Below, piece after piece: positions 17,746 through 26,940 of a stretch of 64,000 nt of DNA. The notes beneath the pieces are model-generated. The model ran no database searches, was not told where the DNA came from, and worked only from the letters and a program-made list of their open reading frames with translations. The stretch's first letter is position 1. Each line of letters begins with the position of its first letter. Position numbers and translations under genes: made by a program. This DNA comes from an uncultured Candidatus Saccharibacteria bacterium (GTDB taxonomy: Bacteria; Patescibacteriota; Minisyncoccia; UBA6257; 2-01-FULL-56-20). The stretch lies in contig CAYHZA010000003.1 in NCBI GenBank assembly GCA_964361095.1, forward strand, positions 31,773-95,772. The letters are read 5' to 3'.

Positions 17746-18501
17746 TTATTTTTTCTTTTTTTTCTTGGGAGCAGCGCCTTCTTCCTTCGGGGATTCTTCA
17801 AACGCCTCAACCGTAACAACGCCTACCTTCTCAAAGTGATCCTTTAAGATATTCGCCGCTTTATGAAGCGCCGCCGAAGGACTCACGGTACCATCCGTCT
17901 CGATATCCAATCGTAAACGGTTGTAATCAGTCCGTTCGCCAACGCGCATATTTTCTACTACATAATTTACCTTGGTTACCGGCGAAAAATGCGCGTCAAT
18001 CGCGATTGCGCCAATGCCAAGCTTTTCGTTCGTGCGCGTTTCAACTGAGGCATATCCTAATCCTCTCTCAACAACGATTTCAACATCAAACTCGGCATTT
18101 TTTGCCGTTAACGTCGCAAGTACTACCTCCGGATTTATCACTTCAACCTCGGCATCTGTCTTTATGTGACCCGCCGTAACAACCTGAATTCCCTTGACCT
18201 TCAAAGTTAATATCTTTGGCTCGTCCGTATGCATACGAAAACGTATCGCTTTAAAATTCAAACTTACTTCAACCATGTCCTCTTTTATCCCTTCGGACGT
18301 GGCAAATTCGTGCGGTACCCCCTTGATCTTTAGTTGGGTAACCGCAGCCCCGGGGAGCGAGGAAAGAAGCGTCCTGCGGAGGGAATTTCCAAGGGTCAAT
18401 CCATATCCCGCATATAAGCCATCAACTTCAAACACGCCATGTTTCGCATCCTGCGAAACGGTTTTAATATTTACTGTTGAACTTAAATGTGTGTATTCCA
18501 T
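17746..18501 (-). CDS. rpoA: RNA polymerase alpha subunit (NTD only, no alpha-CTD)
   Basis: GYGLTLGNSLRRTLLSSLPG, DAHFSPV, RVGERTDYNRL; 251 aa ending in a Lys tail. Confidence 0.96.
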   Translation of the reverse strand: MEYTHLSSTVNIKTVSQDAKHGVFEVDGLYAGYGLTLGNSLRRTLLSSLPGAAVTQLKIKGVPHEFATSEGIKEDMVEVSLNFKAIRFRMHTDEPKILTLKVKGIQVVTAGHIKTDAEVEVINPEVVLATLTAKNAEFDVEIVVERGLGYASVETRTNEKLGIGAIAIDAHFSPVTKVNYVVENMRVGERTDYNRLRLDIETDGTVSPSAALHKAANILKDHFEKVGVVTVEAFEESPKEEGAAPKKKKKK

Positions 18502-18627
18502 AAATGTAGTATTTTTTTAATAAGCATTTCTTCCCCTTTGAGCGCTCGACATTCTAACCGTCTCGCGGAATAAGGAAAGAATGAAAGTGTTCCTTATGAT
18601 ATCTAAAAAAGACAAAGAAGTAAAGGG

Positions 18628-19245
18628 TTATTTTGAGAATGATTCGACCAGCAAATTGACGTTAAAGGGCAGTGCGACATTGTCGGGAAGCGACAAAACT
18701 CGACCTTCCATTTTGTCTTTGTCCACAGAAAGCCATGCTGGTCCGTCATAATTCTTAAGACGCTCGGGCAACATTTTTACCGCGCCGAGATTTTTTGATT
18801 CCGGGCGGAATGACATAACATCCTTCACGCGCACCAAAAAGCCCGGCGAACGCGTGCGCTTTCCGTTCACGAGTACATGACCATGCACGATGAGCTGATG
18901 TGCCGCCGATCGAGACGGAGCAAATCCTATGCGGAAAAGTACGTTATCTAAACGACGCTCAAGGAGTTCGATAAGTCGAGCGGATGTTGAGCCGGAATAC
19001 TCGGCTGCTTTTTTAAAAATATTCCGAAGTTCCTTCTCGTCAACGCCATAGCTTACTTTAAATTTCTGCTTTTCTTTAAGCTGTTGACCGTATTCGGAAA
19101 GAGCTTTTCTCTGACGCTTGTGTCCGTGCACACCGGGGCGATATGGCTTTCGAACCAACGCGCACTTCGGCGAATTACAACGATCCCCCTTAATCTGGAG
19201 ATGCTCACCAAGTGAACGCTCTTTTTTTTCTTTTGCGCGAATCAT
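18628..19245 (-). CDS. rpsD: 30S ribosomal protein S4
   Basis: SEYGQQLKEKQK, LERRLDNV. Confidence 0.97.
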   Translation of the reverse strand: MIRAKEKKERSLGEHLQIKGDRCNSPKCALVRKPYRPGVHGHKRQRKALSEYGQQLKEKQKFKVSYGVDEKELRNIFKKAAEYSGSTSARLIELLERRLDNVLFRIGFAPSRSAAHQLIVHGHVLVNGKRTRSPGFLVRVKDVMSFRPESKNLGAVKMLPERLKNYDGPAWLSVDKDKMEGRVLSLPDNVALPFNVNLLVESFSK

Positions 19246-19254
19246 TGTATGTAG

Positions 19255-19707
19255 TTAAACTCTTCGTACTTTTCGAGGCCGAGGACCGTTATGCGGAATC
19301 GGAGTAACATCTTTAATAGAAAGCACGTTAAACCCGTGATTAATAATGGATCGAATGGCGGCATCACGCCCGCTACCGACGCCACTTACGATAATATCGA
19401 CATCAATCGGGCCACTCGCTTTAATCCGCTCGGCAATCGCGGCAATGATCTTAGAAGAAGCGAACGGTGTTGCTTTTTTTGGACCGGAAAATCCCAATGA
19501 TCCCGCCGATGCCCACGTAACCAAATTTCCCGTCATATCGGTAACACTCACCAAGGTATTGTTATACGATGCTTTAATATAAATCCTTCCATTCTGAATT
19601 TTCTTCCCTTTCTTCGAAACGCTCAAGGGAACTTCCTGCGCGACACTCGAGGATTTTTCCTTTACCACAACATCGGATTTTTTTTCGGCAACTTTTTTCT
19701 TTCCCAT
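19255..19707 (-). CDS. rpsK: 30S ribosomal protein S11
   Basis: ASYNNT, DVTPIPHNGPRP. Confidence 0.97.
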   Translation of the reverse strand: MGKKKVAEKKSDVVVKEKSSSVAQEVPLSVSKKGKKIQNGRIYIKASYNNTLVSVTDMTGNLVTWASAGSLGFSGPKKATPFASSKIIAAIAERIKASGPIDVDIIVSGVGSGRDAAIRSIINHGFNVLSIKDVTPIPHNGPRPRKVRRV

Positions 19708-19708
19708 G

Positions 19709-20092
19709 TTATTTCAATTCTGTTTTACGTTTTCCGCTACCGGCCGTTTTTCTCACATTCCCTCGCACAGTACGCGAGTTCGTTTTTGTGCGCTGTCCAC
19801 GAACAGGAAGACGCCGCATATGACGAGTGCCGCGATATACCTGTAATTCTTTGAGTCGCTGGATATTACGGCGAATAACCTGGCGCAAAGCACCTTCAAC
19901 TTGAAAATTTTTTTCGAGATGATTTTGAATTTTATTTACTTCTTCCGCGGTCAACGCCTGCGCTCGTTTATTCCCGTCAACCTTGACCGAATCCAAAACG
20001 CGGCGACTTAAAGAAATGCCAACACCGTACAAATACGTCAGCGCGACTTCTGTTCTTTTATTATCGGGAATGTTTACACCAAGAATACGCAT
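19709..20092 (-). CDS. rpsM: 30S ribosomal protein S13
   Basis: LPVRGQRTKTNSRT. Confidence 0.97.
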   Translation of the reverse strand: MRILGVNIPDNKRTEVALTYLYGVGISLSRRVLDSVKVDGNKRAQALTAEEVNKIQNHLEKNFQVEGALRQVIRRNIQRLKELQVYRGTRHMRRLPVRGQRTKTNSRTVRGNVRKTAGSGKRKTELK

Positions 20093-20390
20093 GCCAATTT
20101 TATACGATGCGAAGCGAGTAGCTAAAATTGAGCACCCAGCTCCACTTTTTATGAAGGCGCTCGAACGACCCTTTTGTGGTAATGGCGGAAATTTTCATGG
20201 TGTTATTGGATGGTGTCATGGTAAAAAGTGGGGCTGGGTAAGGTTTTGTTCATAAATTTCTTCGAAATTTATACAAAGCCCAGCTCCAGTTTTATACAGA
20301 TATAGTTTTCAGGATATATTACCATAAGGATGTAAGTTAGATGTTTCTTATATTCAACTCTTTTTGCAAAACTGGGGCTGGGCAAAGCCC
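20093..20390. repeat. repeat family D, tandem copies in the rpmJ-rpsM intergenic region
   Basis: Homologous to 17533-17745, plus a second CCCAGCTCCAGTTT/AAACTGGGGCTGGG unit. Confidence 0.85.
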
Positions 20391-20504
20391 TTATCCTTGC
20401 CGTTGTTTATGTTTCAGTGTTTTGCAAACGACATAAAGACGACCGCGCCGTTTTACGATTTTACAATGTTGGCAAATTTTTTTTATGGAACTTCGGACTT
20501 TCAT
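20391..20504 (-). CDS. rpmJ: 50S ribosomal protein L36
   Basis: Manual translation [37 protein letters not shown]. Confidence 0.95.
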   Translation of the reverse strand: MKVRSSIKKICQHCKIVKRRGRLYVVCKTLKHKQRQG

Positions 20505-20507
20505 ATA

Positions 20508-20729
20508 TTACAACCTTCGAACGATTCTCCCGCGACGGCGATCCGGACCCAACTCCACAAGCACCCGATCTCCCGGCAAAACTCGGATATAATGTAATTT
20601 AAGCTTTCCGGCGAGATGCGCCAATACCTCTTCTCCCGCGGCAAGCCGAACGCGAAATGTAAGAGCCGGTAGTGCCTCTTCGACAAACCCCTCTTCTCTT
20701 TGAGGAAGCGGTTTATGCGGAGTGTTCAT
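20508..20729 (-). CDS. infA: translation initiation factor IF-1
   Basis: [23 protein letters not shown]. Confidence 0.95.
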   Translation of the reverse strand: MNTPHKPLPQREEGFVEEALPALTFRVRLAAGEEVLAHLAGKLKLHYIRVLPGDRVLVELGPDRRRGRIVRRL

Positions 20730-20892
20730 GAAAACATGAGAAGAACAGCGCCGTTCGCCCTCGAGGAGGTTTTGAAAAAGATGGAATAATTGGTTACAGA
20801 AAACACGTTGTGAATTAAAAAAAGCCGCGGAAAACCAGCTAAAAAAGTATAAGGGATGGGCGCACCAAAGTCAACGGGCATCATTTCACCTC

Positions 20893-22581
20893 TTATTGCA
20901 CGGTAACGCTTATCCGCTTTGGGTCCATGGGAGCCCGGAGGAGCCACGTTGGCCAAAAAAGAACCTTGGCTTCTTTAAGTTCCGTGAGTTTGGCGAGTAA
21001 TGAGCGAATATCACTCATCTTCTTGCCGGTAATGTTTGTCGTGAAGTCATTAACATTAAGTACTGGGGCCAATACTCCTTTTGTATCTACAGAAAAACGT
21101 AATTCCCCTTTTTCGAAGTTAAGAACGATTTCCCTATAGTCAAAATCCAATGAACGAAACTGATGAGCCGGATATTTGTCATTACTCAACGATTCAAATA
21201 CGCGACGGAGGTCTTCCTCATGAAAACCGACGGCTCGAAGCGCGGCTTCTCCATACACCACAAAGTTTCCCTTTTCATCTACGTTCTTATTAGGCGAAAG
21301 TGTAGTGATTTTAAACTCGCGGGCGCCTTCGAGAATCATAAAATCTTTGGGAAGTTTGTTTAAAATATCGGTTTGGAAAGTTCCCTTGAGAACCGTATTA
21401 ATCTTCTCTTTTGCTTTTGCGATATCAAGATCGGTAACCGTCGGACGCTCGCCGAGAAAACCTCCCGTGGCGGGCTCTTTCATCGTCGCATAAAATCCTT
21501 CATACTTCGGAGATCCTTTGAGCCCGGGAATCGTGAGACGCTCCGCTGGCTGAACGTTATAGCTCGGACCGGGCGCGTCGGCGGTTACTAATGCTTCAAT
21601 ACTTGAAGAAGCTAATTTTCCATTTTGTTTTGTAGCGCCGGGAATAATCACCCCTGTATTCAATCGAAATATTTTACCGTCAGGGGTCATAAAACGCGTG
21701 GTCGCGACAAGTGATTGCGGGTCAGTTCCAAATTCATTAACAATCACGATTCGCACGGCCGCTTTCTGTGAAACGCTTTTCTTGACTCCCGTCGCGGGGA
21801 AGGGTTCAGCAATCGTACGTTTCTGACTAAAAACCTCCGCGGGAATCGTCGAGGATTGCGCGCTTGCCGCGCTTACTGTTTTTGAAGCCGTAATACTTTG
21901 AGTGGATTCCCATGGAGTCGTCTTAAATACAACCGTTACCTGCACACTGCCAAAAAACTTTGCTACAACCCATACACCGATTAGCCCAAGGACAATTATG
22001 CCGAAAAATCCCAGAACGATCGGCCGACGGAAGAATGGCTTTTTCCCCTCTTCGTGAACATCCGCCGAAGGTAGTATCGCCGAAGAATGATACTCGGGGC
22101 GATCGATCCTCTCAGGAGCCACATTCGCTTCGTGGCTATAAAAAGTCTGCGGATTGTACAATCGAGGTTTTTCTTCCTTGGGGAGCTCCACTTCAACTGT
22201 TTCGATTATTTCTTTTGGCTTCACTTTTTTTCCTTTCTTCGCAATGCTTTTTTCTTTAAGCGCGGCGGCAAATTCGTTCGGGGCCCCGCTTGCGACAATA
22301 TCCGATACTGCTCGTTCGGACCCGCTTCGGCGAAACAAAGGATGGATCGCCTCAATATCTGCCGCTTGCGAGAACGCGAGAATTTCTTCATCAACCGATT
22401 CAATAAGAATACTTTTCCCCGCGGCGGCGGCTTCGCGTTTTATAAGATGGAAGTTACTCATCGATTCTTTGACGAGCGCGGCGCGAGGAATAACAATAAC
22501 GACCTCTTCTTCCGCGGCCTTGATTATTTTCTCAATGATCGAAGCAATTTCTTCCGTTTTATCAATAAATAATTTGATCAT
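20893..22581 (-). CDS. CPR-type membrane-anchored protein (baseplate-J-like C-terminal region)
   Basis: Single TM; QSLVATTRFMTPDGKIFR, ADAPGPSYN. Confidence 0.7.
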   Translation of the reverse strand: MIKLFIDKTEEIASIIEKIIKAAEEEVVIVIPRAALVKESMSNFHLIKREAAAAGKSILIESVDEEILAFSQAADIEAIHPLFRRSGSERAVSDIVASGAPNEFAAALKEKSIAKKGKKVKPKEIIETVEVELPKEEKPRLYNPQTFYSHEANVAPERIDRPEYHSSAILPSADVHEEGKKPFFRRPIVLGFFGIIVLGLIGVWVVAKFFGSVQVTVVFKTTPWESTQSITASKTVSAASAQSSTIPAEVFSQKRTIAEPFPATGVKKSVSQKAAVRIVIVNEFGTDPQSLVATTRFMTPDGKIFRLNTGVIIPGATKQNGKLASSSIEALVTADAPGPSYNVQPAERLTIPGLKGSPKYEGFYATMKEPATGGFLGERPTVTDLDIAKAKEKINTVLKGTFQTDILNKLPKDFMILEGAREFKITTLSPNKNVDEKGNFVVYGEAALRAVGFHEEDLRRVFESLSNDKYPAHQFRSLDFDYREIVLNFEKGELRFSVDTKGVLAPVLNVNDFTTNITGKKMSDIRSLLAKLTELKEAKVLFWPTWLLRAPMDPKRISVTVQ

Positions 22582-22590
22582 AGGTATACC

Positions 22591-23781
22591 TTATGCATGC
22601 ACCGCGCCAAGCCAATGAAGCCGCCGGCGAAGCCAGTGGTTTACTTGGCTATCACTCTTATCCTTATCATAATAGAATTCGACGAAAGGCGCGAGTCTTC
22701 CAAAAAGCTCGTTCTGAGGAAAAGACCGCCCCTTTTCGTCAAAACGGAATCCAAGCTTGGTCATAAGAAGCTCGAGAGGCGGGGCATCAACATGAATGCC
22801 TTCGCGACGTTGAGGCAAAGGAAATGGGAAAGGCTCATCGCTATGGAGAAAAATAACTCCTTTCCCCGATTTCCATCTCTTTAAATGCCCAAAAAGCCCC
22901 TTAACGGCCGGCTGTATCATGCGGGAAACCACGTTCTCCGTAACGGAAGAAAGTTGTTTTTCGCGATACCGATTATATATTAACCTCGCAACCGCCTCGC
23001 TTATCCCCCATTCCGAACGAATCGCGTCGGTAAAAGACGTTGCCGACCATGCAAACTCCTTTTGTAAAAAGGCGTAACCTATCGGGGCTTGTGTAATTGT
23101 CGCAAAGAAAGAGCGCGCGGAGCGAAGGGCGGCAAACGAAACCGGAGCGTCGTGCACCCTCAAAAGAGCGGCGAACTCAGACCTCGTACTATCCGTAATA
23201 TAACAATCTTTTTTTTCGTCGAAAACAGGCCGAAGTTCTTCGTAAAGAGGACGTGCCACAAAGGTAAGTTCGATCATCCCCTGTACCGCCCGCGCGCGAA
23301 AACCGAGCGGATCGATCACGGCGTGGCCATCAATACGAAAGTGTTGAACGCGGCTCCCGACAAGCACGGCGTCCGTTTCACCGCACTCCAAAGAACGACT
23401 CGCGCTTTCGCGATACTGATTAAAGAGCTGGCTTACGGTTTTCCCTAAAAAGTTTTCAAGCTCCGCGGATTCAACCGGACTCCCCACGCTTCCCCGCTTC
23501 ATAGTAAAAGGAATGCGCGCGGTGAACGCAAGCGCGGGATCGAGAGAAACGATTGTGCGCCACCGACTCCGCGTCCGAAAAAATGCCGCGGCGTTCCTCG
23601 CTGAAAAAAAATCAGCGAGGCAGATCGTATTCCACGATTTGAGAAACCGCAATGTTTTATCCTCGTACAGCGCGAGAAGTAATCCTCGAACCGCGCGAGG
23701 AGTGACCTCAAGAAGAAAGAACTTTTCCTTTGGTTTTCTAAACGGAGAAAATTGCACGTATCCTAATTCTATCACAAACAC
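22591..23781 (-). CDS. divergent FtsA-like hypothetical protein
   Basis: RIDGHAVIDPLGF segment resembles FtsA subdomain 1C; gene context. Confidence 0.55.
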   Translation of the reverse strand: MFVIELGYVQFSPFRKPKEKFFLLEVTPRAVRGLLLALYEDKTLRFLKSWNTICLADFFSARNAAAFFRTRSRWRTIVSLDPALAFTARIPFTMKRGSVGSPVESAELENFLGKTVSQLFNQYRESASRSLECGETDAVLVGSRVQHFRIDGHAVIDPLGFRARAVQGMIELTFVARPLYEELRPVFDEKKDCYITDSTRSEFAALLRVHDAPVSFAALRSARSFFATITQAPIGYAFLQKEFAWSATSFTDAIRSEWGISEAVARLIYNRYREKQLSSVTENVVSRMIQPAVKGLFGHLKRWKSGKGVIFLHSDEPFPFPLPQRREGIHVDAPPLELLMTKLGFRFDEKGRSFPQNELFGRLAPFVEFYYDKDKSDSQVNHWLRRRLHWLGAVHA

Positions 23782-23862
23782 GGATTATCCATGCCGAATA
23801 TCACCATGCACAAAAGCATAAATTATTTATATATTTTCGTTATAACCAAACAAAGAAAAAAG

Positions 23863-25455
23863 TTAATTCGGCAGAATAGCCACCCCGAGAATCGAAGAAA
23901 TTGCTGAACCGCTGAATGTCCACGACATTTGTGTCGTGGGGCCATTTTTCGTACTTCCACCACCCTTCGCGTTTGTGGCGGCATCAGACCACCGCGACAC
24001 TTGCCCGGAACCCGGTGATACCACGGAAACGCCCGAAACAACTACATCTTGTACGACCTCACCTGCATTGCTGGTAATACTAAGTATTAGCGAGGTGCCA
24101 CCACCGGTTGAAGCCTGAAAAAGTCCCCCAAGCGGAGTGGTTTGATTAACTCCACTCCATGACGTGGCGCCAGTCACAATAGACACAGCAGTCGACGCGG
24201 TAAATACAATATCATTCGTACCAACAACGGGGTTCACGAGATACCACAGCTCAACGCGATGATTGCCCGCATCATTTCTAAAACCTTTCTTCGTAAGAGG
24301 AACCCCTCCATACGTCATTGAGGTCACGGGGCTCCCAACGCTCGACATTGAAACCCCAACCATCAGAAGACGGTTGGTCCCATTTGAAATAGTATGTTGC
24401 CACGTAAGACTGGTCGCATCTATTGTTGTTTTCGCCGAGCTCGTCGTATCAAATACTATCCCGGCAACCGGAGCATTCACGGTAAATCCGCCGGGAAGCA
24501 TGCCGGGCGATCCTCCGGAATTTGTCACCACCACATCCCACGCGCCGGTTGCAGATCCCGCAAGGTTAAAGGACCCTCCGTTTATTGTCGTACCGTTCGC
24601 GACAGTAAACCCGGAACCGATAATATCAGTCTGGCCGGTTTTCGAAAGCTTTACACTCGCTCCGGATTGGAAATTAGAGCCGGTAATGGTCGTGATACTT
24701 ACCGTTCCGTTATTTGTTCCGATTGATGGAATAATCGTTGAAACAGTCGGTGTAGGAATGGTCACCGTAGACGACGGCCGCAACGATGTCGTAACAATCG
24801 TGAGATCAGTACCCGTTTCAAACACTCCGTCAAGAATACCTCCATCTTGTTTTACGATATCAATATATTTCTGAGATTCCATAGCGGCGGTAAATTCAAA
24901 AGAACCGCAGGTATAGGTGTAATAGAATCCTGACGCAAAGGTGTTCACCGGATCAAGCGGCAACTTCGTAAGAGGAGGCTGGACATTAATAGCCGATTGC
25001 CTTAGATCAACGGGAATCCAACCGGTACTGTCAACGTTCGCAGCCACGCTTTGAGGAACACGTACGATAGTCCACCCCGAAGGCGGTGTCGGTGTTGTCT
25101 CGCCATTATCCGAAGGAACCGAAACGAATAATCTTTTATTTGCCGGCACGTCATTGATACACGAATCAGTCTCGGCGCCAGTCGGAGGAGTGGGGTAACT
25201 TGGACCATCCAAATCCAAAGTGCCCCCTTGCGCCGTAATAATCGAGAATGCCCTTGCAAGCGTCTTTACGTCATACAGGCGGGTGCTGTCCCGCGCCTGG
25301 CGCAAAAGCTCCGCGGGATTCAAGGTCAAGATCACTACAACGGAGAGCACCGCGACAATGCCGATGACCACCAAAAGCTCGATCAACGTGAACCCTTTCA
25401 TATTTTTCTTAAAAAAGTTTTGGCTGATAGATTTTTTCTTTTTCATGTTTTTCAT
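23863..25455 (-). CDS. type IV pilin-like protein with IPT/TIG and beta-rich C-terminal domains
   Basis: KGFTLIELLVVIG N-methylation motif; LPLDPVN. Confidence 0.88.
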   Translation of the reverse strand: MKNMKKKKSISQNFFKKNMKGFTLIELLVVIGIVAVLSVVVILTLNPAELLRQARDSTRLYDVKTLARAFSIITAQGGTLDLDGPSYPTPPTGAETDSCINDVPANKRLFVSVPSDNGETTPTPPSGWTIVRVPQSVAANVDSTGWIPVDLRQSAINVQPPLTKLPLDPVNTFASGFYYTYTCGSFEFTAAMESQKYIDIVKQDGGILDGVFETGTDLTIVTTSLRPSSTVTIPTPTVSTIIPSIGTNNGTVSITTITGSNFQSGASVKLSKTGQTDIIGSGFTVANGTTINGGSFNLAGSATGAWDVVVTNSGGSPGMLPGGFTVNAPVAGIVFDTTSSAKTTIDATSLTWQHTISNGTNRLLMVGVSMSSVGSPVTSMTYGGVPLTKKGFRNDAGNHRVELWYLVNPVVGTNDIVFTASTAVSIVTGATSWSGVNQTTPLGGLFQASTGGGTSLILSITSNAGEVVQDVVVSGVSVVSPGSGQVSRWSDAATNAKGGGSTKNGPTTQMSWTFSGSAISSILGVAILPN

Positions 25456-25460
25456 AAGGA

Positions 25461-26816
25461 TTACTTCGCTGCGTTATAAATCGCGGATACTTCGGCGGCG
25501 GTAAGGGCTCGGTTATATACGCGGAGCTCGTCAAATGTCGCATTGACTACCGGATTACCTCCGGAGATACGGTCTCCGATACTATACCCAAGGTTTGTTT
25601 CGGGAACTATGCTCGTTATTGATGTCGTACTAAAAACCAATCCGCCGTTATTGTACAAACTCGTCGTCTGACCATTCCAAACGACTGCAACATGCGTCCA
25701 TAACGGGGAAACAGCACCGAGCCCCGTTAGGGCTTTGTAGGAAGCAGAGTTGTGATAATACTGGACATTATCCGAATCGGTTCCAAACGCAAATCCGTGC
25801 TCGTTAAACGGAAGTGTCGAATAGTAATCACCGTAAATAAATCCGGCGGCAGAAGTTCGAACAACCCATAAACTCATACTTATGGAACTCGACGCGTAAA
25901 GAGATGGGCTGTTTGCAATTTGCGCGGCACACGACACTCCGCAACTCGCACCATTGAACCTCGCCGCGCCGCCGACTTTTCCCGTAACCCATGTCCACGT
26001 TGGCGTAGCCAAGAAAGCATGGTTGCTGTTCCCCGAAGTATCGGCAATCGTACTTCCGCTTCCGTCGTCAAACTTCCAATAACCGACCAGTCCCGTCGCT
26101 TGCGTCCATAAATTCACGCTGTTTCCGACTTCAAAACGGGTGGGATCGGTGCCCCCGTCGCCTGCCGAAGATAACTTAATAAATTTTGACGACTCAAGAA
26201 GCGCCGAGGCGATCACAAAACGCCCGTCGGCAACATAGCTGTAATAATATCCCGAAGTGGTGCTGTTTATCGGATCGATCGGTAGCGCGGAAAGCGGCGA
26301 TCCAGCCGAAAAGGTTTTGAAATTTATCGGCACCCACCCCGTACCATTAACACTCTGCAACGTTGAGGACGCGGTGCAGTGATATTTCCATCCCGGAGGA
26401 AGTGTCGAGGGTGACGGACCAACCCCAGTGCAATCGGTCCCCGCGGTCGTCGTGGCATTCGGATCAGCAATCGAAATATACACCGTCTGACTCAAGCCTA
26501 ACGACTGCTCCACACCATAGATTCCCAAGGCCTTACCCAAACTATTCATCTGCGCGAGGCGTTTCGTATCGCGCGTTTGGCGAAAAAGTTCAACGGGATC
26601 CAACACTAAAATAATGGCTACGGAGAGTACCGCGATAACGCCGATTACAATTAAAAGCTCAATCAGGGTAAACCCCGTTAGAGAATGATGATTTTCTTTA
26701 TTTTTCCGAAAGTATCGGGGTCTATCCCAGTACTCCAACTTCTCTAACGGGGTAAATCCCCTTTTTCGATTCCCCATGCCTCGCAAAGACAAAAATTGCA
26801 TAAATAGTATATTCAT
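25461..26816 (-). CDS. type IV pilin-like protein with a LamG/concanavalin-like domain
   Basis: GFTLIELL; GLVGYWKFDDG...WTHVAVV...DELRVYNRAL. Confidence 0.9.
   Translation of the reverse strand: MNILFMQFLSLRGMGNRKRGFTPLEKLEYWDRPRYFRKNKENHHSLTGFTLIELLIVIGVIAVLSVAIILVLDPVELFRQTRDTKRLAQMNSLGKALGIYGVEQSLGLSQTVYISIADPNATTTAGTDCTGVGPSPSTLPPGWKYHCTASSTLQSVNGTGWVPINFKTFSAGSPLSALPIDPINSTTSGYYYSYVADGRFVIASALLESSKFIKLSSAGDGGTDPTRFEVGNSVNLWTQATGLVGYWKFDDGSGSTIADTSGNSNHAFLATPTWTWVTGKVGGAARFNGASCGVSCAAQIANSPSLYASSSISMSLWVVRTSAAGFIYGDYYSTLPFNEHGFAFGTDSDNVQYYHNSASYKALTGLGAVSPLWTHVAVVWNGQTTSLYNNGGLVFSTTSITSIVPETNLGYSIGDRISGGNPVVNATFDELRVYNRALTAAEVSAIYNAAK
26672..26753. repeat. IR-bounded insertion in the pilin signal sequence
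   Basis: 14-bp IR ACCCCGTTAGAGAA/TTCTCTAACGGGGT. Confidence 0.8.
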
Positions 26817-26940
26817 TATACAATCTCGCAGAAATGTGGCAATGCGGACTTATGCCCTACTGAGCAGAGCCGTACACCGACTAAACTTCGACGCTCGAAA
26901 GAGCACGATTATAAACCCCTCATTCGTCTATTCTACCAAA

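Noticed and set aside
17533-20390. CRISPR array
   Set aside because: The repeats are dispersed hairpins with no regular repeat-spacer period; no cas genes in the window
20893-22581. Prophage (baseplate-J-like similarity)
   Set aside because: No other phage genes; embedded among housekeeping genes
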